From: an uncultured virus (IMG/VR IMGVR_UViG_3300005977_000003)
Lineage: Adnaviria > Zilligvirae > Taleaviricota > Tokiviricetes > Ligamenvirales
Virus record (IMG/VR): IMGVR_UViG_3300005977_000003
Length of the DNA stretch: 57,166 nucleotides
Reading direction: 5' to 3' (one strand)
Made by a program: the position numbers and the translations under genes. Shown here piece by piece: positions 20,286-29,788 of this stretch. Each line of letters begins with the position of its first letter. Positions within the stretch are counted from its first letter, which is position 1. The notes beneath the pieces are model-generated. The model was given only the letters and a program-made list of their open reading frames with translations, ran no database searches and was not told where the DNA came from.

Positions 20286-21236
20286 ATGCGTCTCGTAAAA
20301 GGTTCGATACGTGACTGGTTACAGCTATTCCGGGCACAGACGGCTTTTGCCACAATCTACACGTTGTTAATACCATACATGTATGCGGGAGGAAGGGGGC
20401 TAGTCTTACCTTTAGTACTTGTGGGCTTACTTGTGCACTACTCATCATTTGGGCATAATAGCGTTATGGATTACTACCACGATTTGAAGGATGAGAATAA
20501 GGTACACCACCCGTTAACCTCCGGAAGAATAAAGTATGACGAGGCTGTGAAGGCTGTAAACCTGTTGCAGGTTATCTCTGCCATCTCCTTAATCTTGTTA
20601 ACCCTCTACACGGGTAGGTTATTCTCCCTCGTCTTCCTACTACTCTACGTTGTTTTTGGGCATGTTTACAATGACGGGGTGGATCACGTATCCCTTCACT
20701 CGTGGATACCAATCACCATATCATTCGCCTCGTTAACGGTCTATTCCCTCCTTCTCCAAAGTAGTAGCCCATTCCTAATGTTAGTCTTCTTCCTATTGGG
20801 AGTGAATGTCATCTTCTATCAAATTGCGTACGAGGGTAATAAGAAGGACTCTTCGCATGAGGACAACCTTTACTCTAGGTATGGTATTTACGGCAAGGGT
20901 AAGAAATCAAACCTGTTTGAGGTATTCTTTATGTTGGATAGATTGTTGATAGACAGTTTGTTAATCCTTATCCTCATTCCTCACGTAATTTCTAACACGT
21001 TGTTGTTTGTAACTTTCACGCTACTTGAGGCTTATTCAGTTTACCACGTGCACGTTGAGTATAGCGACCGTCTAAAGATGTTGAGGTATTTTGGTATGGC
21101 TGAGGCGTTCGAGTTCTTTAGGATTTTGACAATCCTTCCATCCATCTACTTCCTGTTGTTAGTGATCATTGGGCTGGGTTACTTCGTTTTGATGAATAAG
21201 TACCTGTGGAATACGGACTTTGCCCCAAGAGTCTGA
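20286..21236 (+). CDS. UbiA-family prenyltransferase
   Basis: NSVMDYYHDLKDENKVHHPLTSG Asp-rich motif, YN, multiple hydrophobic helices. Confidence 0.8.
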   Translation: MRLVKGSIRDWLQLFRAQTAFATIYTLLIPYMYAGGRGLVLPLVLVGLLVHYSSFGHNSVMDYYHDLKDENKVHHPLTSGRIKYDEAVKAVNLLQVISAISLILLTLYTGRLFSLVFLLLYVVFGHVYNDGVDHVSLHSWIPITISFASLTVYSLLLQSSSPFLMLVFFLLGVNVIFYQIAYEGNKKDSSHEDNLYSRYGIYGKGKKSNLFEVFFMLDRLLIDSLLILILIPHVISNTLLFVTFTLLEAYSVYHVHVEYSDRLKMLRYFGMAEAFEFFRILTILPSIYFLLLVIIGLGYFVLMNKYLWNTDFAPRV

Positions 21237-21615
21237 ACGTGATTTTTTTATACTCCCACGCGAAATAACACCTATGAGGTATGGTACTAGGAGGTTTTAC
21301 AGACAAGGGACACTAAGTGGACCAGAGGTCATACCTTCGGGTCCCAACGTCATAGAGTCCCCACACCCCTTTGGTTATAACCCACCTGGTATTGGACAGG
21401 GACAGGCGTTGAGTAGGCTGGTGATTGATGACAGGTTTAACAACGTCATAAACACCCTTACGGTAAGTATGAGGGGTAGCGGTGTGGTCGGTGCGGTGTT
21501 TAACATGGCGACAGGGTTTGCGGAGAATAATAGGAAATTGATATGGGGAGAGAATTACTACTTAAAGAAAGGACAATTCAGCTATCCGTTCCCAGTCGCC
21601 CCAGAGAATATGTGA
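21220..21615 (+). CDS. hypothetical protein (start probably internal MRYGT)
   Basis: 131 aa ORF. Confidence 0.45.
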   Translation: MPQESERDFFILPREITPMRYGTRRFYRQGTLSGPEVIPSGPNVIESPHPFGYNPPGIGQGQALSRLVIDDRFNNVINTLTVSMRGSGVVGAVFNMATGFAENNRKLIWGENYYLKKGQFSYPFPVAPENM

Positions 21616-21840
21616 ACTCCCCCATTCCCTGAAGGTTGATGATTTTTCGAGTTCTCGGGTTTTACGCCCTTTTTACGGTTGTTACTCCGTTATGCATTAC
21701 TAGGAATGATGACGGTTTCTTCATTGTTGAAACCACGATGCCAACATCTTTCTTCAGATGTTCAATTCACCGTTAAGATCTGAATGGAGTTTATTACTGA
21801 GTAAACATTTTTAACCCCTTTCTTTTACTTTTTTATTACC

Positions 21841-22029
21841 ATGGGTACTGTTGAAGACGCTATCGGTTTTCTCCGTGACATGGGGGTTATTAATGGTGAT
21901 ACCGTGGATTATAGCGGTATTTTACATTATACTGAAAGTATCTCCCTGATATTAGGACTGCCTCCCGAGGAGAGCGTCAAGAAGGTTCTCGATTACCTTA
22001 TTAAGAACGGATATGTCATGGTGGGCTAA
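21841..22029 (+). CDS. hypothetical protein
   Basis: 62 aa; TTTTTAA box upstream; stop overlaps the next start. Confidence 0.5.
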   Translation: MGTVEDAIGFLRDMGVINGDTVDYSGILHYTESISLILGLPPEESVKKVLDYLIKNGYVMVG

Positions 22030-22664
22030 TGGAAGTACAACTTTTCGTCGTGGAGTCAGGGAATAAGTACTACGTTTCCGGTACTATTTACACCCCTAAC
22101 GGTATAGAGGCTTACGACGCCATATTCGATTCGTTTGAACCAATTTACTTTATACTGCCTACTTTTGCAACACGTATAGTCGTTTATCCTTCTACGAGTA
22201 AGGTCACTCCTCTTTATTACTTGACTTACGATAATATCGAAGACCTCTGGAAGATGTTGGGTTTCATGGTTGGGAGCTCTGCCGAGTACCTCTCTTTCAT
22301 TCCTACTGACATTATAGAGAAATTTGGAATCCAGGTAGACAAATCTAAGATTACCTTCTCTTCCGTCCACGTCCCTCTTTCCCAATCGATACCCTGTAAT
22401 GCTTTAGGTTCGATTTATACTCCAGTTGTCGTTTCCAATAACAAAATTTATTTAAATGATGTCCAGGTCGGGAGCATATCGTCAAATAACGAGATCGTTA
22501 TATGTGGGGATAAGTGGACGATCGTCAAAGACCTTGAAACTACATTAAGAATGAGTACCAGGACAATGATTCTATGTTACTTCCGTGAGACTTATAAATA
22601 TTTTATAACTTGGAGCGACATTTTAAGGATGTGGTGCGGTATCAAGATATCGTTAATGATGTAA
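22029..22664 (+). CDS. hypothetical protein
   Basis: 211 aa ORF with T/C-rich codon usage. Confidence 0.55.
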   Translation: MEVQLFVVESGNKYYVSGTIYTPNGIEAYDAIFDSFEPIYFILPTFATRIVVYPSTSKVTPLYYLTYDNIEDLWKMLGFMVGSSAEYLSFIPTDIIEKFGIQVDKSKITFSSVHVPLSQSIPCNALGSIYTPVVVSNNKIYLNDVQVGSISSNNEIVICGDKWTIVKDLETTLRMSTRTMILCYFRETYKYFITWSDILRMWCGIKISLMM

Positions 22665-23287
22665 TTTCCAAGTTACCTCTTTTGGAACAGTGGAGAAGAG
22701 TCTATCCTCTTACTTTGTATTACCGTGATTACCTTGAATCCTGCTATGGTGAAGACGCTTCGTCTTTTATGATTAAACTCGCTTATGATGTTGATAAAAT
22801 TATTCCAGGGTTACGTATCAAGTATGACCTTCGCTGTATACCCGGGCTTGCCAATTTTCTTAGTTTGTGGGACAATTACGATCTTAAAAATAAATACATT
22901 TATCGTGCGACTAAAATAACTTTGATCTATGATTACGTTTATTCGTCGAGTTTCTTTCCAAATCAACGTTATTTATCGTTTTGGTCTGTCAGTCCTTACG
23001 TCTCGGATAGATATGTCCAGGAATATATTAAAAGTCATGTTGCACGCCCTGAAGACATTAGAGTCCTCGTTGCCCCTTACGACGATAATATCTGTAGTAA
23101 AGTCTGGTATGATAACCTTGCTCCTGAATATGAATCAACTGCTGGTGGCAAACTCGAAGCTTTCGGTAATATCTTTCATCTAAGCGAACTCGAAGTACGT
23201 TGTTACCGATATCCATCCTCTAAGGTTATTTATTCTCTCACTATCGATGATTTCCGTGAACTCATGAAACTCCTTCCTGAACTATGA
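22610..23287 (+). CDS. hypothetical protein
   Basis: 225 aa ORF, same atypical composition. Confidence 0.55.
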   Translation: MERHFKDVVRYQDIVNDVISKLPLLEQWRRVYPLTLYYRDYLESCYGEDASSFMIKLAYDVDKIIPGLRIKYDLRCIPGLANFLSLWDNYDLKNKYIYRATKITLIYDYVYSSSFFPNQRYLSFWSVSPYVSDRYVQEYIKSHVARPEDIRVLVAPYDDNICSKVWYDNLAPEYESTAGGKLEAFGNIFHLSELEVRCYRYPSSKVIYSLTIDDFRELMKLLPEL

Positions 23288-23529
23288 CTATGAAATTAAT
23301 TTTTTAACTTTCTGGGGTTAATGGGGCGTAAGTCCGCCATAATGATAGCCCATTATAGAAACCTTTTATTGTAATCTATTTATTCTAGATGTACGTTTTT
23401 AATTCATGGTTCTTTTAGCCAGTCCTTTGTTGAGGAGGTTGCTACAAAGGTTTTCGGTTGGGGAGTATCACATAGAGGGTCAACGAGGGATATTCCAGGA
23501 ATTGTTTATTAGCGACATCTACAACATCC

Positions 23530-23958
23530 TTGGAGAGGTACCAAGGAGAGAGAGGAAGAATGGACATAGAAACGGTTGAAAACGTTTTATCAAGGCATGT
23601 GATGATCAAGCCACCAAAACACGTGATAATAATTGATGACTACGTGTTGGACGAATTCTCCGAAAGGATGTACTACGTTAACGGTGCAACTCCATCCTGG
23701 TTACATGACGTGATAGTCCTCTCAAAAACTGCCACTGAGGAGACAGTGGTACACGAATTGCTACACACTTATGGTTTCGGAGAGGATGCGGCTTATTCAA
23801 TCTCACCAATCCTCTACAACCTGAGGAGATCGTTCGCACTAAGGAGGAGGAATGTGAAGTATTACCAGTGCAATGGTTGTAATAGGTTTAGGGTTTTACA
23901 TGAGAGATATTCAAATGTGGCTAAACACTACGTTTTACAAGGACAAAATCCCGACTAG
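23530..23958 (+). CDS. zincin-like metallopeptidase motif protein
   Basis: VVHELLH (HExxH) plus CxxC...H. Confidence 0.55.
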   Translation: MERYQGERGRMDIETVENVLSRHVMIKPPKHVIIIDDYVLDEFSERMYYVNGATPSWLHDVIVLSKTATEETVVHELLHTYGFGEDAAYSISPILYNLRRSFALRRRNVKYYQCNGCNRFRVLHERYSNVAKHYVLQGQNPD

Positions 23959-24257
23959 ATCAGGTGTAGGAGAGTCGCCAACAACAATGCGTACAAACCA
24001 CCCAGCATTGTAACCAACAGCTGTAACAACCGGGAATTGTTTTTCTGGTCACGTTCCAATTCTGCTATATGTACGAGTAAACCCGGATTCTCCACGTCAC
24101 CCATGAGAAGCTTTGTGTGTTCGTCAACCTTCTTCTCCACCTGTTCCAGCCTGTAGTTGTTTAGTTGTAAACTTTTACTCTGTTCGTCCATCGTTTTTAG
24201 TATTCTGTCTATTGCCGTCCTCATCTCGTCGATCTCTTGATCTTGCTTGGCTGGCAT
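23955..24257 (-). CDS. coiled-coil protein with C-terminal membrane anchor
   Basis: MPAKQDQ... heptad pattern then a hydrophobic tail; start trimmed from the ORF-track value 24371. Confidence 0.55.
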   Translation of the reverse strand: MPAKQDQEIDEMRTAIDRILKTMDEQSKSLQLNNYRLEQVEKKVDEHTKLLMGDVENPGLLVHIAELERDQKNNSRLLQLLVTMLGGLYALLLATLLHLI

Positions 24258-24388
24258 GATGATACTTATTGTACAGTGGTTTAAAATGATTAACTTCACG
24301 TAGATGAGTATGTAGATAGATGGACTATTAGAGTTCGTACTTAGTGGACTTTCAAGAAATGGTACCATCAAATTTCGACGAATCGCAT

Positions 24389-24727
24389 TTAGATTCTAAT
24401 TCCCAGCCCCAATAGGATCTGCCTTTCCTCACTCGTAAACTCCACAGGTTCGTTTGCGTAATACCACCACAGTTTTCTACCTGTACTTTTTATAGTCTTC
24501 CCATTGTGGTTACCAAGTAGACTGACGTACTTATCACATTCACCCTTAACATCCTCCAACCTATCCGTGTACACCACACCTTCATCATCTGGTGCGAAGA
24601 ACTCTAGGTTGTCGCCTCTAGCCGAGGCAATTAAGAAGGCAATGGTTGACACAACCTTGTCGTCCGTGTAGTAATCCTTCAAACAGTTTAGGTAAGAGGA
24701 AATCCTCCATCTGTGTATTGACAACAT
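24389..24727 (-). CDS. hypothetical protein
   Basis: 112 aa ORF. Confidence 0.5.
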   Translation of the reverse strand: MLSIHRWRISSYLNCLKDYYTDDKVVSTIAFLIASARGDNLEFFAPDDEGVVYTDRLEDVKGECDKYVSLLGNHNGKTIKSTGRKLWWYYANEPVEFTSEERQILLGLGIRI

Positions 24728-24879
24728 GAATACAACATATACGGAATTGAATTTAAGTTTTCCATATTTCTAGATTTTAGAAGGAGAAGATTTCTGGTGA
24801 ACTACCCCATCCTCACGAGGAGGACTTCCTCCCCTTAACCCCCAAAAAAAGTTAAAATGGTGTCTCACTAGTTTAAGTC

Positions 24880-25065
24880 ATGAGCGGTCTTTCAAAGCTC
24901 AAAGATGTGGCAAACATGATTAGTAGTGGTGATATACAAACCCTTAGGAATAACATGTCCTCACTAGTTAACCTGATGAACGAGTTGGTGGCGTTGGAGA
25001 GGGAGAATAACAAACTGTTGAGTAAGATATTGGAGGAGCTGAAGAATGGCAAGAAGGAAAAGTGA
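24880..25065 (+). CDS. small coiled-coil protein
   Basis: 61 aa with heptad pattern. Confidence 0.5.
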   Translation: MSGLSKLKDVANMISSGDIQTLRNNMSSLVNLMNELVALERENNKLLSKILEELKNGKKEK

Positions 25066-25309
25066 GGATGAGACCACTAAGAAGGAGTACGAGGAGACAC
25101 TTAACAAAGCCTTGGGTTTGCAAGTTAGGTGGAGTAAACTCTCCCTACAGGAATTGGAGGAGATTAGTAACAAGGTTGCTAACCTTCTGATGGAGAAGGG
25201 TAGTGGTGAGGAGAACAACGTTGGTAACTTGATAGACTTGCTAGTACCGAAGGAGTACCAAGGTCCGGCACTAAAGTTATTGAGGAAGGTTTTAAACAAC
25301 ATTAAATAG
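25046..25309 (+). CDS. hypothetical protein
   Basis: 87 aa, overlaps the upstream gene. Confidence 0.5.
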   Translation: MARRKSEDETTKKEYEETLNKALGLQVRWSKLSLQELEEISNKVANLLMEKGSGEENNVGNLIDLLVPKEYQGPALKLLRKVLNNIK

Positions 25310-26248
25310 CTAGAGCGGCTCACTTAATACAAGGATTGTTATCGTTGTGTTACTTGTATACTGGTAGTTTATTTGTACTCCTGATGGTAAGTCTATGTTG
25401 AATTCATACCATGAGTTTGCGTTCAACGGGTTTCCGCTATTGAGGTAGCTTTGTACAGTTGTCGTACCAACAGTTAACGCCAGGCTTAGCGTACCAGATG
25501 CACCTGCGGCGACAACTGTGTGGATACTACTGGGTTGCGTAACTGACAGGTTACTAGTAAAGATGTTTGTGTTCGCCGTTATGCTACCATTCACCACCTG
25601 CCCTAGTAGGGTTGCGTTAGGTTGTTCCACAGTGTTTACAGTACCACCTGTAACGTTTACGGAGATTGGCTGTCCTTCAATTGTGGCTAAAACGGTGGGC
25701 GTATTCGACACGTTGACGGAGATTGGTTGACCCTCAATTGTAGCTAACACAGTGGGGGTGTTTGTCACGTTCACTGAGATAGGTTGACCCTCAATCGTGG
25801 CTAGTACCGTAGGAGTATTCGACACCGTGACCGAGATTGGCTGTCCTTTAATCGTCGCGAGCACCGTTGGCGTATTCGACACAGTGACGGAGATTGGTTG
25901 ACCCTCAATCGTCGCCAATACCCTTGGCGTGTTTGCAACGTTCACGGAGGGGGTATTCGACACGTTCACGGAGATGGGTTGTCCCTCAATCGTGGCGAGT
26001 ACCTTGGGAGTATTTGCCACCGTAACGGAGATTGGTTGTCCCTCAATCGTCGCCAAAACTATTGGTGTGTTCACCACATCAACGTACAGGGTACCATTCT
26101 GAATGTTAGCCTCCACCGTACCCTCAACAATCCATGCATTGTTGAAGGTGTCGTAAGCGATTGCACTACTTTGTATATCAACAGGGACAATGATTGAGGT
26201 ACCAACGATAATGACGTTGCTTGCAGTGGTGATTGATGCCGCCATCAT
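25310..26248 (-). CDS. repeat-containing putative virion fibre/surface protein
   Basis: About seven 19-aa repeats (TPxVLATIEGQPISVxVxN). Confidence 0.65.
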   Translation of the reverse strand: MMAASITTASNVIIVGTSIIVPVDIQSSAIAYDTFNNAWIVEGTVEANIQNGTLYVDVVNTPIVLATIEGQPISVTVANTPKVLATIEGQPISVNVSNTPSVNVANTPRVLATIEGQPISVTVSNTPTVLATIKGQPISVTVSNTPTVLATIEGQPISVNVTNTPTVLATIEGQPISVNVSNTPTVLATIEGQPISVNVTGGTVNTVEQPNATLLGQVVNGSITANTNIFTSNLSVTQPSSIHTVVAAGASGTLSLALTVGTTTVQSYLNSGNPLNANSWYEFNIDLPSGVQINYQYTSNTTITILVLSEPL

Positions 26249-26487
26249 TACTAGTTAACCACTCTCCGTTAAAAATCTTGGCTGACTGCACCAGAATCCT
26301 GATTAGCCCGAGGGATGTTACTTGATGAGACGTTTTTACAAGTTGGTAACGGTGCTATGAACTAAGGACATAGAGGATGGTTTAGCCGTTGCCCATATTG
26401 GTGAATTCTACCTTCAGGATAAGAAGATCGTTTAATCCAACATGAGACCTGAAAGGTTAAATTCTTCTATCAACCAATTAACATGAA

Positions 26488-26988
26488 ATGCTAACGTTTG
26501 GTTTTACGCAGAAGGGTAGAGGAATGATACAGAGCACTCTAGTATCACCTGGTGATGGAAATCTCATCGTGTTAAATTACATCACGAATGACAAATTTAT
26601 CAACGACAGCCTGTTGTCACTCGTTAACAACAGTAGTAACCTACCTACATTAACGAGGCAAGTTGCATTACGTATACTCGGTTACTCAAAAAGGGTTGTA
26701 AACCAAGCGTTATCTGAGGGCATATGTGAAAAGGTTGGGGAGATTAAGGGTGAAGGAGTAACTGGTGTTGAGGTTACGTGTAATACTTACATATTCAACT
26801 ATGTTTACAACGGAGTTTTACAGTCGCATAAGTACACTCTTCACTATAGTAATGACGAGTCGCCAATACAACACACACTTGAGGTGTACGTTACGAGGGA
26901 GAAGGAGGTTCCGGATGGTGACGAGATGGTTACACAACTTTTTGACAGGTTGCAAAAATACGTTGAGGAGATGGAAAAACTGGTTTAG
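26488..26988 (+). CDS. hypothetical protein
   Basis: 166 aa ORF. Confidence 0.55.
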   Translation: MLTFGFTQKGRGMIQSTLVSPGDGNLIVLNYITNDKFINDSLLSLVNNSSNLPTLTRQVALRILGYSKRVVNQALSEGICEKVGEIKGEGVTGVEVTCNTYIFNYVYNGVLQSHKYTLHYSNDESPIQHTLEVYVTREKEVPDGDEMVTQLFDRLQKYVEEMEKLV

Positions 26989-27899
26989 GCTATTCTGAAC
27001 CCAGCCCTTCCTCCTAGTCTATGCATTGTGGTTGTTTGTCTTGTGGTGGTTGTTGGCTTTGTGGTGGTTGTTGATGGTTTCTGTGTGGTAGGTGGTTGTA
27101 ATCTACCAGTAGCGTAGGTTGGTTTCTGTATAAATTGTGGCGTAGTGTGTTGTATCGTGCTAGGCGTTATCTTCCCTCCTCTGTAACCTGGGTAAGGTAC
27201 AATGACTGGTCCCCTGTAGGGTATGGGGTTTGGGGGTGTGACAACACTTGGACGATGGTAGGTTGTCGTCTTACTCGTTGTTTGCGTAACTGGTCTTGTT
27301 ATAATGTGTATTGCAGTGTGGGAACCGGGATACGGTGCAATACCACCTATTGACCTTACAGTTGTTGTGATGATTGAAGGACCTGGTGGAGTAGACGTTG
27401 GTGTTGGGCGTATTATGCTCACGGTTGGGGTTGGTCTAGGGTACCTGGTTGTTGTGGTCACAGTTGGACGAGGATGTGTAGTCGTCGTTGTTGAGGTTGT
27501 GGTGGTCGGTATCGTCGTAGGAATTGTCGTAGGAATAGTTGTAGGAATAGTTGTGGGTATCGTCGTAGGAATTGTCGTAGGAATAGTTGTAGGAATTGTC
27601 GTAGGAATTGTCGTTGGTATCGTTGTAGGAATAGTTGTTGGAATGGTAGTGGGTATAGTGGTTGTACTTGTCGTTGTACTTGTCGTAGTTGTAGGTAGGT
27701 AGCGTACTATCACCCTTGCCGGTGCGATACCACTAAAATTGCTGGGAATTTGTATCCTACCAGTTAACGCACCGTTTGGATTCACATTCAACGGGTAGCT
27801 TCGTCCAAAAGCCTCGAGTGTGGCGGAAACGATGTTTTGTATTCCTGGGGCAAAGTATGCAACATTGACTATACTACCTGGTTGGACGACCTCTGGCAT
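26985..27899 (-). CDS. Thr/Pro-rich mucin-like protein
   Basis: About 13 tandem TTIP repeats plus T/P/R-rich low-complexity sequence. Confidence 0.65.
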   Translation of the reverse strand: MPEVVQPGSIVNVAYFAPGIQNIVSATLEAFGRSYPLNVNPNGALTGRIQIPSNFSGIAPARVIVRYLPTTTTSTTTSTTTIPTTIPTTIPTTIPTTIPTTIPTTIPTTIPTTIPTTIPTTIPTTIPTTIPTTTTSTTTTTHPRPTVTTTTRYPRPTPTVSIIRPTPTSTPPGPSIITTTVRSIGGIAPYPGSHTAIHIITRPVTQTTSKTTTYHRPSVVTPPNPIPYRGPVIVPYPGYRGGKITPSTIQHTTPQFIQKPTYATGRLQPPTTQKPSTTTTKPTTTTRQTTTMHRLGGRAGFRIA

Positions 27900-28164
27900 G
27901 AGTAATAATCACGTTACAAGTTAATTACGATTTGTGTTCGTGCAACGTATTCTATGTCGAAAACAAACTTGTCTTCCTAACTAGATTCACGTAACTAAAA
28001 ATTCGACCTTGACTTTGTTTTTGTCGGGCTAGCCCTTTGTTCACACTTTTCTCGTCTTGTAAGGAATACACGAAAACAACAAGGTTAGCCCTCCTCCCAT
28101 TTCTCGTGTACCTAATCCTCCCCCTTTGGGTTGGGTTATTCCTTTTTTGTTTTCGTCCCCTCTA

Positions 28165-28500
28165 CCGTTATATAACCTGTTGTAAAACTCTACGGTTACC
28201 GTTATACAATTATTGTAGTATAACTCCATTTTCCATAGTTTTCTCTCCTCCCTCTAGTTATACAACCTGTTGTAGTAACCCCAGGTGATTTTTAATTTTT
28301 TTTTTAATTTTTTTTAAATTAATTTACATATTACAAACTTACATAACATGTATTTATATTCTCACATTAAACTACTTGATAATTAACTCTTTAAGTTTTA
28401 GCTCTTTAAGTTTTAACTTATTAACTTTTTAGTCGTAATACCGCTTACGTAATTTTACGTATTTACTTATGTACTTATTTGCCGTAAACTTTAAATTCTC
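28165..28500. other. AT-rich non-coding tract with direct repeats, candidate replication origin or regulatory region
   Basis: TATAYAACCTGTTGTA twice plus one degenerate copy; long T-runs at 28288-28320; CTCTTTAAGTTTTA twice in tandem. Confidence 0.4.
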
Positions 28501-28519
28501 ACAAGTACAGTATTGTTTG

Positions 28520-29170
28520 TGGCGTGCGTGTGTGTGTGTGTAACACACACACATACGCCCAGTTTTTTTACTTAACATGGGCAAGTTTAACGTACTTGCC
28601 CTAACGCCACTCCTCCTAGGGGTGGGAAGGAGGGAAGGGGAGTTAGCGTTAAAAACGACCCCCCACGCCTAGGAGGAGAGTGGCGACCTCTGGAGGGCGG
28701 ACGGGGGCTCCCTCCCCCGTCGGGCACCTCCGGCGGCTGTGAAGCGGGGGTCCGATGAACCACCCCCCGGTGCACAGCGACCAGGGGAGGGCTCTCGCTG
28801 AGAAGCCGACCGTGCTTGGTGTTCAACGCCAAGTTCACGGCGGCAATGGGAGGGATCGGGCTAGCCCTTTTGCCGGGCGGCCCTTCGCCCTCGAGCCCCC
28901 CGCAAGAGGGTGCACGGGCAACCGTGCACCCTCCCCACTTTTTTCAAGTGGCTGGGGGGCTAAGCCCCTCTCTAATGGCAGGGGCAACCGGCGACGGGAA
29001 ACCCCTGCCAGATGTGAAGGGGTACGTGGTCAACCCTCGCCTGTCCTCTGGAGTTTCTAGGCCCGCCGTGGACAAGCGGCAGGCCACGGGTGCCCCACCC
29101 AAGCTCCCTGGTAAGGGGGCAAACCCCGAACTAGGGAGGCGAGGATGAAGCGGCGGGCCATAACGGGGAG
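28520..29170 (+). ncRNA. candidate large structured ncRNA (GC-rich island)
   Basis: Abrupt GC rise; many perfect stems and GNRA loops on the + strand; CTTTAAAT TATA-like box near 28490. Confidence 0.55.
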
Positions 29171-29173
29171 AAC

Positions 29174-29425
29174 GTGAGCAGGAGTCAACAGATACAAAGA
29201 ATCCTCCGCCAAATAAAGGCGGAGGACCAAGCCCTCCTCCGTGAGATCGCGGAGGAGCAGAAGGTGAGGGCTAAGTCCCTCACCCAACAAGAACTCTATC
29301 CCCTCCTCGCAGAGGAGGGTATAGAGTTGATAGGGGGGCGACTTTACGTCCCCCTATCGTGGGTCGCCGTTGTAAGGCGGCCCAGTATAAGGAATACCCT
29401 AGCCCTCATACCGAGGGCTAGGTGA
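29174..29425 (+). CDS. hypothetical protein
   Basis: 83 aa; GGGGAG upstream; stop followed by the cassette motif. Confidence 0.5.
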   Translation: MSRSQQIQRILRQIKAEDQALLREIAEEQKVRAKSLTQQELYPLLAEEGIELIGGRLYVPLSWVAVVRRPSIRNTLALIPRAR

Positions 29426-29442
29426 TTTTTCGGGGAAGGAAG

Positions 29443-29625
29443 ATGGTGGAACAGGCAAACATAATTCAGTTCTGCCCGGAATGTGGGCAAACATTGTTTA
29501 GAGTGGATAAAGACTACCTAGAATTTAGACCATGCGTTCATTATGCATGGTACGGTAGTTTGGGGTCTATAGGTAACGACGAAATATGGACGAATGGATT
29601 GAGAATTCGTTTATTAAAGAGATAA
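29443..29625 (+). CDS. family A small Zn-binding protein
   Basis: CPECG...PCVHYAW; start reassigned to the ATG after the motif. Confidence 0.65.
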   Translation: MVEQANIIQFCPECGQTLFRVDKDYLEFRPCVHYAWYGSLGSIGNDEIWTNGLRIRLLKR

Positions 29626-29644
29626 CTTTTTTCCGGGGATAGAA

Positions 29645-29770
29645 ATGAGTACCAAGATGTTTCCGTGCCTCTGGGGGCATGACCCCCAGAGGTGCGGGAC
29701 TTGTAGAAGGTGGTGCCTACCCCATGGAAGGTGTAACTTCCATGGGAATTATACTCGTTGGCCTCCATAA
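29645..29770 (+). CDS. 41-aa Cys/His-rich peptide (not in ORF track)
   Basis: MSTKMFPCLWGHDPQRCGTCRRWCLPHGRCNFHGNYTRWPP fills the gap between two motifs exactly. Confidence 0.45.
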   Translation: MSTKMFPCLWGHDPQRCGTCRRWCLPHGRCNFHGNYTRWPP

Positions 29771-29788
29771 ATTTTTCCGGGGATCCGT

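Noticed and set aside
27304..27702. Plus-strand (VVGI)n ORF
   Set aside because: Antisense shadow of the TTIP repeat gene.
28520..29170. Group I/II intron, RNase P or SRP RNA identity for the GC island
   Set aside because: I could not find domain V, P/Q/R/S, P4 or SRP helix-8 signatures by eye, so it is left unassigned.
28587..29290. ORFs 28587-28838, 28755-29060, 28816-29148 and 29057-29290
   Set aside because: They overlap each other and are mostly G/P/R-rich products of the GC island; 29057-29290 is antisense to a better ORF.
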